Positions 57,722 through 64,000 of a stretch of DNA of 64,000 bases are shown here, in pieces; positions within the stretch are counted from its first letter, which is position 1; each line of letters begins with the position of its first letter. The notes beneath the pieces were generated by a model. The model did no database searches. It was not told the DNA's origin and was given only the letters and a program-made list of their open reading frames with translations. Source of the DNA: Bdellovibrionales bacterium (lineage in GTDB: Bacteria; Bdellovibrionota; FAC87; UBA2466); assembly GCA_005776395.1 (NCBI GenBank), contig SXPJ01000083.1, positions 9,737-73,736 on the forward strand. Direction: 5' to 3'. Made by a program: the position numbers and the translations under genes.

Positions 57722-60700
57722 GCAACTGTTCTATTTTGAATTCCTTCATTGCATTCTGGTCTAAGGTACTAGAATAAGACAATTTTGTCCTATTGGTAAT
57801 CTCTTTTTGTATTTTTAAGGCTGGAACCGAACCTTCACCCGTTCCCGTCGTTGTTCCCGGGGGAACGCTACCAGAGCTTGCGGGGGTTCCGGCTGCAGAG
57901 CCTACCCCACTTCTCTGCATATTAACCTTGATATTTACCCCTAACTCATTTTGAATTTTTGATTGCAAAGGACTTTTACCCACTAAAGTGCTTCCAAAAT
58001 CAAGATAGTTATCATCTTGACCCCGCGTAGTAACACCAAGAACTAGAAGAGCAATTAAATCGGGTTCGGCAAGTGCTGGAACTGAACTAAGTCTGATTTT
58101 ATAATCCTGAGGTGTCCCATACGCGCTTAAAGTAACTTCGTATTCAATTGGAACTTGAGCTCTTTGCTCTTTAACAAAGCTTTTCGCGGACACATTAAAT
58201 CGGGGATTAATCTTTTCTTTATTCTCAAACTTTACATTCCCACTTACCAGATTAAATTTTGTCTCTTTAAAAAATACAGCTCCTTTAACACTCTCTGCAG
58301 CCCCCCAAAGACCTAAACGAGTATCGTCCCCAAGCAAATGAAAATCTCCCTTCCACTCAGCCTGCATCACCTCAGTATCAACAATAAATCCCCGTTCCGA
58401 TTTACAGTTTAAATCAAATTTTAATGATGGAGACTCTGATGAATCTTGGGATTGGGGGATATTAAGATCGGAAAGTCGCCCTTCATCCACTTGGCAATTT
58501 CCTGAGAGTAGATAGGGGAATTCTCTTCCTTTTAGCTTTAAATCCCCACTAATTTTAAGAGTTAGATAGTTTTGTTGCCGAAACCCAATACCACGGGCCA
58601 TTAAGTCTAATTTAGGAGAGAACCTCGAAAACCGATCAATTTCGACTCCCCCTTTAATTTGCAAATTTCCCCCTCCATGGGTCGACTCAAAACGATCAAT
58701 GCTGATTTTATCTTGTGTCACCGAAAACTGGCTTCGAACATTTCTAAAATCCTCAGCTAGATTTTTTATTCGAAAGCTTCCATCTTCAATAGACACATTG
58801 CCCAACAGATCAAATTTGGGTAACGAACCAGAAATTCTGACTCCAGCTGCAACCTTTCCCGTCCCATAATCTAAACCAGGAATAAAAGGTTGGAGATAAA
58901 TGAGATCCAATTTAGCATCTAATCCCCCTTTTATCGATTGCCCAGGCTTAAAATCAATAAAACCTGAAACGAGACTGTCCTGACCTGCTAATTCAAACGG
59001 TGGAATTCTCACAGCCCCTTTATCGATCACAAAAGAGATTGGCTTTTGATTCTTAACTGGGGCTGTTTTTAGATCAAGCTCGATATCAGAGAGCGACCCT
59101 GAACCATTCACAGTTTCCCACTGATTTAGATTGCCATTGAGCTCCACATCGCCCGTAGCTCGAATAGTGCCAAAGGCAGGAAGATCCTTCCCTGACCACA
59201 TTGAAAGAAGAGGCAATATATTGCATTTTTTGAAATTCAGAAGAACTTCAGAGCCCAATTCTTTTCCTTTTCTAATAGAAATAAGTCTACCTTGAAGGGA
59301 CTGTCCAAATAAATTTCCAATAAACTCTGTCTTCTCCGGGCTTTCTCTAATAGAAATATTTGAATCCCCTAAATTCTGATTCCTATATAGAGTCTTTATC
59401 AGTTTAAGCTCTCCTTGACCTGTAGGCTGCGATAGACTCCCTTCAAGATTTACCTGCCCCACGATTTCTCCTGATATCGGAGCTCCTCTTACGTGATCCA
59501 AATCTTCAAGTTTCAAACCATAACTTTGAAGTTTTAACTTTGAATTACTTCCTTTGAAATACCCTTGAAAACCTAGAGCTCCTCTTGGTTTCGTAAGAGT
59601 CGCTCTGGAGATCTTAGTAAATTCATCTCGATACACCAGGGCAAAACTTCCACCTAACCACCTCTCATCAAACCACTGAATGGCTCTCACATTTCCAGAG
59701 GCCGCAACTTGAATCCCCTGCAAATCATGCCCCCCCTCAAGAACCACCTTCGCAGAGATCTCGCCTCCTTTAGGCGGGGTAAATTCAAGTTTGTTCTTTC
59801 TGAAAAACTGAAACACCTGATCTACAGATGCTCTCTTACTTGAAATATTAAACTTATACCGAGTCTCTTTCGGTTTAAAATCCACAAACCCGTTGCTTTT
59901 TATTGATTCTAATGAAGGCAACTCCAGAGATTCAAAAGTAAGAAGGTCATCCTGATAATTGACTGTGCCCTTAACTGAACCGAGAATCACATTTCCAATC
60001 TCACCCTCTTTTAGCTCGAAACCACCTGAGATAATGGGTTCCCCTTTTGGACTCTCAATCTTTACTTGAATATCGGCCACTCCTCCAAAAGAAAGGTCCT
60101 GAATCTTACCTAGTTTTGTTAGAGAGAGCCCTTTTCCCTCTACATTAATTTGAAAGGGAACCCCCTGACCCCACTTACTATAGGCCACCGTCAGACCATC
60201 TAATATTTGAATCTGTGACTTAAAAGTCCCCTGTTGAGGAGTGACATTAAAAGATGCAGACAGCTTTCCCTGATCAATAGAGATCACCGAATTCTGTGGA
60301 GAGACAGGTTCATTCACATGGGCTACAGCCACTAGCTTACTCAGTTCAGAAGTTATTTCCCCTTCAACTGAAAAAGGATTATCCGCAAAACCTCTAAACT
60401 TAACCTGCCCCTTCATCCCTAAGTACAGTGGATTGTGAACTATCTTCAGCTTCGTTAAAAGTTGATGTAGTTCAATATTATCTAAGAGTATTTCACCTTG
60501 AAATGGCGATTTCTCTTTGAAATCAACCGATATTTTATCAGCTCTAATTTTTCCATTATCCACATTAACAAATAGATCTTTAAAGATTGCCTTTTTACCG
60601 TCCGCAGAAAACCCTACCTCACCCGTTCCTATAGAATAGCCATCCCAAACCACATCCTGGATAGCCACTTTGCCAGAACCAAGATAACTTCGGCCTGTCT

Positions 60701-61568
60701 TTTCCAAATTGCCTGAACTTGTCATGACGCCTGAAATAACTTGAGGAATCTTTGTTTTTAACTCATCGATCTCTTTTAGGGTTCCTAAAGAGGTCTTAAT
60801 TTCATAAACAGCCCGGAATGAATCGGGTCCTTTAGTTAGACTCAACGGTAAAGAGGTCGCCCCCTTTAGAGAAAGAGTTATCCAGTCACTTTCTATATTG
60901 ACTCTATTAGCTCGAAGGCTTCGAGAAGTAACATCAAGGTCAAAGTCTGCGGACCTAATAACGGTATGAAACTTTCCCCGATCCAAAGTAAGGTTAGAAA
61001 AATTTGAAGTGATGTTAAATTGATCTTTTGCATTTTTTTCAACAAATAAAGTAAATCTACCTGAGTCTACGCCTAACTGAGGATCAGATAACCTTACCCA
61101 CACATAAGCATCCACAATTCCTATTCTTTCAACTTCAAAATTAAAACCTCCTCCCTTTACATTCCATTTTGACTGGCTCTGAAATAACTTTTCAGCCTTT
61201 TTATAAAATAGATCGGCCCCATCTAGAACAATCTTTGGCTGGTAAAACGCAATTTCACTAAGCGTTAACTGCCCATACAAAACTGAAAGTGGATTAATCG
61301 CAATCTTAATTCGCTCTATAGAAATCGGGTTGGCAAGACTGAGTAAAGCTTTAGGAGTTGTTTTCAGTGATACCCGATTCAAATAAATCTTAGGCATCAA
61401 AAGAGAGATATCGATATTATCGATACTTAACTGAATCCCCTGAGGCTCAGCCAGAGTCTTAACCTCACGAATAATTCGGTGTTGAACCCAGCTTGAAGCA
61501 AACACTAGATTCAGGAGAAAATAGCCCCCAGCTAGGACAAGAAATAATTTAAATGCAAAGCGTTTCAT
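57606..61568 (-). CDS. tamB: TamB/AsmA-like translocation and assembly module protein
   Basis: N-terminal TM, long beta-rich body, DUF490-like C-terminus (LSSVPAL.E.DL..LL..G; YHFQFE). Confidence 0.85.
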   Translation of the reverse strand: MKRFAFKLFLVLAGGYFLLNLVFASSWVQHRIIREVKTLAEPQGIQLSIDNIDISLLMPKIYLNRVSLKTTPKALLSLANPISIERIKIAINPLSVLYGQLTLSEIAFYQPKIVLDGADLFYKKAEKLFQSQSKWNVKGGGFNFEVERIGIVDAYVWVRLSDPQLGVDSGRFTLFVEKNAKDQFNITSNFSNLTLDRGKFHTVIRSADFDLDVTSRSLRANRVNIESDWITLSLKGATSLPLSLTKGPDSFRAVYEIKTSLGTLKEIDELKTKIPQVISGVMTSSGNLEKTGRSYLGSGKVAIQDVVWDGYSIGTGEVGFSADGKKAIFKDLFVNVDNGKIRADKISVDFKEKSPFQGEILLDNIELHQLLTKLKIVHNPLYLGMKGQVKFRGFADNPFSVEGEITSELSKLVAVAHVNEPVSPQNSVISIDQGKLSASFNVTPQQGTFKSQIQILDGLTVAYSKWGQGVPFQINVEGKGLSLTKLGKIQDLSFGGVADIQVKIESPKGEPIISGGFELKEGEIGNVILGSVKGTVNYQDDLLTFESLELPSLESIKSNGFVDFKPKETRYKFNISSKRASVDQVFQFFRKNKLEFTPPKGGEISAKVVLEGGHDLQGIQVAASGNVRAIQWFDERWLGGSFALVYRDEFTKISRATLTKPRGALGFQGYFKGSNSKLKLQSYGLKLEDLDHVRGAPISGEIVGQVNLEGSLSQPTGQGELKLIKTLYRNQNLGDSNISIRESPEKTEFIGNLFGQSLQGRLISIRKGKELGSEVLLNFKKCNILPLLSMWSGKDLPAFGTIRATGDVELNGNLNQWETVNGSGSLSDIELDLKTAPVKNQKPISFVIDKGAVRIPPFELAGQDSLVSGFIDFKPGQSIKGGLDAKLDLIYLQPFIPGLDYGTGKVAAGVRISGSLPKFDLLGNVSIEDGSFRIKNLAEDFRNVRSQFSVTQDKISIDRFESTHGGGNLQIKGGVEIDRFSRFSPKLDLMARGIGFRQQNYLTLKISGDLKLKGREFPYLLSGNCQVDEGRLSDLNIPQSQDSSESPSLKFDLNCKSERGFIVDTEVMQAEWKGDFHLLGDDTRLGLWGAAESVKGAVFFKETKFNLVSGNVKFENKEKINPRFNVSAKSFVKEQRAQVPIEYEVTLSAYGTPQDYKIRLSSVPALAEPDLIALLVLGVTTRGQDDNYLDFGSTLVGKSPLQSKIQNELGVNIKVNMQRSGVGSAAGTPASSGSVPPGTTTGTGEGSVPALKIQKEITNRTKLSYSSTLDQNAMKEFKIEQLLDDNFTVNASAVDKIRGTTQNDSIKSYGLDFRYHFQFE

Positions 61569-61614
61569 TACTGAAGTTTTACCATTTATATCTAAGTATT
61601 TTTAATTTATAGAG

Positions 61615-62838
61615 CTAACCCGCCGCCCTTTTCTTCCATTTCTGATTTATTCCATGGCGTAGATCTATTAAGTTTCGATATCGAGAATCAAGCTCAGCTA
61701 GTTTCTCAGCGTACTCATGAGCTTTTTTCAGATCTCCCAGTTGATAATAAATATGAGCGCTATAATATAATGCCTCTTTAATCGCAAATTCATCGACAGA
61801 TTCACCTCTTAGAATTCTCTGAAAAACATCAAGGGCTCCCACTAAGGCTCCCGATTCAAATTCAATTTCACCTAAAAGAACCTGAGCCGTTAAGTATTTT
61901 TCATTCTCGATACCGATTCTCAAAAGAGTTTCTCGGGCCTCATTGATCAATCCCATTTCTTTGAAGGCTATGGCAAGGTCTAAAAGCGCCGTGCAATCTC
62001 CATTAATAACCTCCAATGCCTTTTCTTTAAACTCAGTCACCAAACCCGAAATAGTTTCAATTCCTTTAGGTCGATCGCCTAATGCCTCTTCCAATTCTTG
62101 AATCAAATTCTGTAGAGTGGGGGCATTTTCTTCATCTAAAGATTTTAAATGTAAATCTGACCCATCTTCCAAAAATTGATTCACTATTTTTGATGAGGAA
62201 GGTTTTGCAGCTATCGAACTATCCATGATAAATTTTCGAACCTTCTCCAGTGGCCAGAGCTTATTAATAAGCTTTTCAAAATATTGAAAATCCTCTTTTC
62301 TACCTCTTTCATTAATTATACTTTTCAAAAGATTATGTCCTTCAGACTGTTCATTCCCCGTTTTTAATCCTGCAAACACCATTTCTAGAGCCTGTTCATT
62401 TTTTCCTTGTCTTGCAAAAACTCTCCCTAGAGCAAAAAAAAGATCCCCACGAGTTCTCTCGACCTCAAGTATTTTCTCAATAAAGTGCTGTTGAATTTTT
62501 AAGTGAGCGCCCAATTTTTCTTTGGCCAACTCCAAGTACTGAGTCACCCGTTCTTGCCTTAATGCAGCCAATGCAAACTTATCAATTTCCGTTATGGCTT
62601 CATTATGTCGTTTAAGCTCTAATAAAGATAACGTCTTTATTAGATGCAGACGTGTCGATACAGGAGACAAGGCAAGGGCTTTCTCGCATAACTCAATCGC
62701 CTCCAGATGTTTTCCACGATGACTCAGAACTGAGATTAAAGAGGCATATTTACGGGAGGCCTCTTTATTCTTACCTTGAGCCTCTAACTCTTTGGCCTCT
62801 CGAAGAACTAGCTTAGGATGCACTGACCCCATAACCAC
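61615..62838 (-). CDS. TPR protein, Bd2492/SgmX-like
   Basis: TPR repeats; DLAIAFKEMGL..EA motif; lies between efp and tamB. Confidence 0.7.
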   Translation of the reverse strand: MVMGSVHPKLVLREAKELEAQGKNKEASRKYASLISVLSHRGKHLEAIELCEKALALSPVSTRLHLIKTLSLLELKRHNEAITEIDKFALAALRQERVTQYLELAKEKLGAHLKIQQHFIEKILEVERTRGDLFFALGRVFARQGKNEQALEMVFAGLKTGNEQSEGHNLLKSIINERGRKEDFQYFEKLINKLWPLEKVRKFIMDSSIAAKPSSSKIVNQFLEDGSDLHLKSLDEENAPTLQNLIQELEEALGDRPKGIETISGLVTEFKEKALEVINGDCTALLDLAIAFKEMGLINEARETLLRIGIENEKYLTAQVLLGEIEFESGALVGALDVFQRILRGESVDEFAIKEALYYSAHIYYQLGDLKKAHEYAEKLAELDSRYRNLIDLRHGINQKWKKRAAG

Positions 62839-62908
62839 CCTTCCATTAAAGATAGAAAAAAAGCTAATAAAAATTTTTACTTACTTATGAACTGCTTAGT
62901 AGCTAAAC

Positions 62909-63472
62909 TTACTTTGTAATTTTCTCGACGTACTCGCCAGTACGAGTATCGACTTTTAAAACATCATTGAGTTTGATGTGATAAGGAACTGTGACATTTA
63001 AACCGGTTGAAACCGTGCATGGTTTTCCGCCTCCGCTAACGGTATCTCCCTTAATCGCAGGCTCACAGTAGGTCACCTTGAGCTCAACGAAGTTCGGCAT
63101 TTCAACAGCGATAGGGCGCCCCTTGTAGTAAAGAACCTCTATCTCTAAATTTTCGATAAGGTAATATTTATTATCTCCCACAGCATCTTTATCTAAAGAT
63201 AATTGTTCAAGAGCATCGAGATCCATGAACTGATAACCCGATCCGTCAGTATAGAGATACTGCATGCGCTTTTTCTCTAGTTCCGGCTCTCCAACTTTTT
63301 CACCGGACTTAAAGGTTTTATCAATAGTGTTGTTATTAATTAGATTTTTAATTCGGGTTCTGACAAAAGCGTTCCCCTTTCCAGGTTTAACGTGCTGGAA
63401 CTCAACAATGAGATAGGGAACAGATTCAATCTCTATACAAAGGCCTTTTTTAAACTCTGATGTGGAAATCAT
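62909..63472 (-). CDS. efp: Elongation factor P
   Basis: HVKPGKG.AFVR, KGDT, DTRTGEY. Confidence 0.97.
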   Translation of the reverse strand: MISTSEFKKGLCIEIESVPYLIVEFQHVKPGKGNAFVRTRIKNLINNNTIDKTFKSGEKVGEPELEKKRMQYLYTDGSGYQFMDLDALEQLSLDKDAVGDNKYYLIENLEIEVLYYKGRPIAVEMPNFVELKVTYCEPAIKGDTVSGGGKPCTVSTGLNVTVPYHIKLNDVLKVDTRTGEYVEKITK

Positions 63473-63520
63473 ATAACCTCTTAAAATTTCGTGTAGTTCT
63501 CCCCGATTTAAAGGGAAAAT

Positions 63521-64000
63521 TCAACGGTTATTCCTGTTTTTATCCAAAATAGTCTTTAAGATATCTATTTTCTGTTGCCGTTTAAGCGAAGCGGAATCAA
63601 CTCCTAACTGAACACGGCACTGTTGAATTTTTTGAGTTAATTCCGTATTAGGACGCTGCCGTTGCAGCTTCTCAAAAATCTTAAGAGATTTTTCAAATTG
63701 TCCTTGAGAATAATAAAGTTCACCTAAGGTTTGAGTTGTAATTTCAGAACTATTCGGTATTTCGTCAGCAAAAACCCGTGAAACATTTTCTGTTTTAAAC
63801 GAGTCCCCCTTCTCCTCTTCAAAGCCCAAAATGGCTTCAACTTTAGCTCGTCTGAGCTCATCATCTTCACTTTCTTGCCCCATTAAATCTGTTTCATCCA
63901 TTGGCTCCAATTCAATATTAACAACAGTGGACTGATTAAAAGATTCAATCTTAGCCATCGCTTGCGAAGGAGTTTGCGCAACGACCGAGTCTTCAGCTAG
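63521..64000 (-). CDS. TPR-containing protein, C-terminal fragment (frame open to window end)
   Basis: TQTLGELYYSQGQFEKSLKIFEKL; no stop codon in the frame from 64000 to 63959. Confidence 0.7.
   Translation of the reverse strand, partial: LAEDSVVAQTPSQAMAKIESFNQSTVVNIELEPMDETDLMGQESEDDELRRAKVEAILGFEEEKGDSFKTENVSRVFADEIPNSSEITTQTLGELYYSQGQFEKSLKIFEKLQRQRPNTELTQKIQQCRVQLGVDSASLKRQQKIDILKTILDKNRNNR

Noticed and set aside
2768-57764. Numerous 60-135 aa ORFs nested in or antisense to confident genes
   Set aside because: Fully overlapped by well-supported CDSs, with no recognisable motifs

Overview
A gene-dense bacterial chromosomal segment. It most likely comes from a Bdellovibrionota/myxobacteria-related deltaproteobacterium; this is inferred from the efp-TPR-tamB-tamA cluster, a VegA-like protein and an M17-N-domain gene next to nusB. 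Most of the window is core genes: rimP-nusA-infB-rbfA-truB-rpsO-pnp-M16-dut, acpP-fabF-rpiB-glyA-nusB-hflX-ppsR, metF-gcvT, PBP1A, rmuC-dnaB, mltD and tamAB. An accessory stretch at about 38-48.3 kb holds a GT87, a His/Arg-tailed membrane protein, a 1470-aa secreted polymorphic-toxin-like protein, a split Cys-rich secreted protein and a GH110-like beta-helix protein. Main observations: (1) three sigma-54 promoters share an upstream TGTC-N9-RACA motif and point at an ORF-poor structured intergenic region (candidate sRNA), the basic-tail protein and the giant secreted protein; (2) a PNPase with a roughly 180-aa Arg/Asp/Gly-rich tail; (3) a CADD-type self-sacrificing pABA synthase; (4) several apparently leaderless genes. 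No tRNA, rRNA, CRISPR array or transposase was recognised. All calls come from reading the sequence and recalled family motifs, not database searches.
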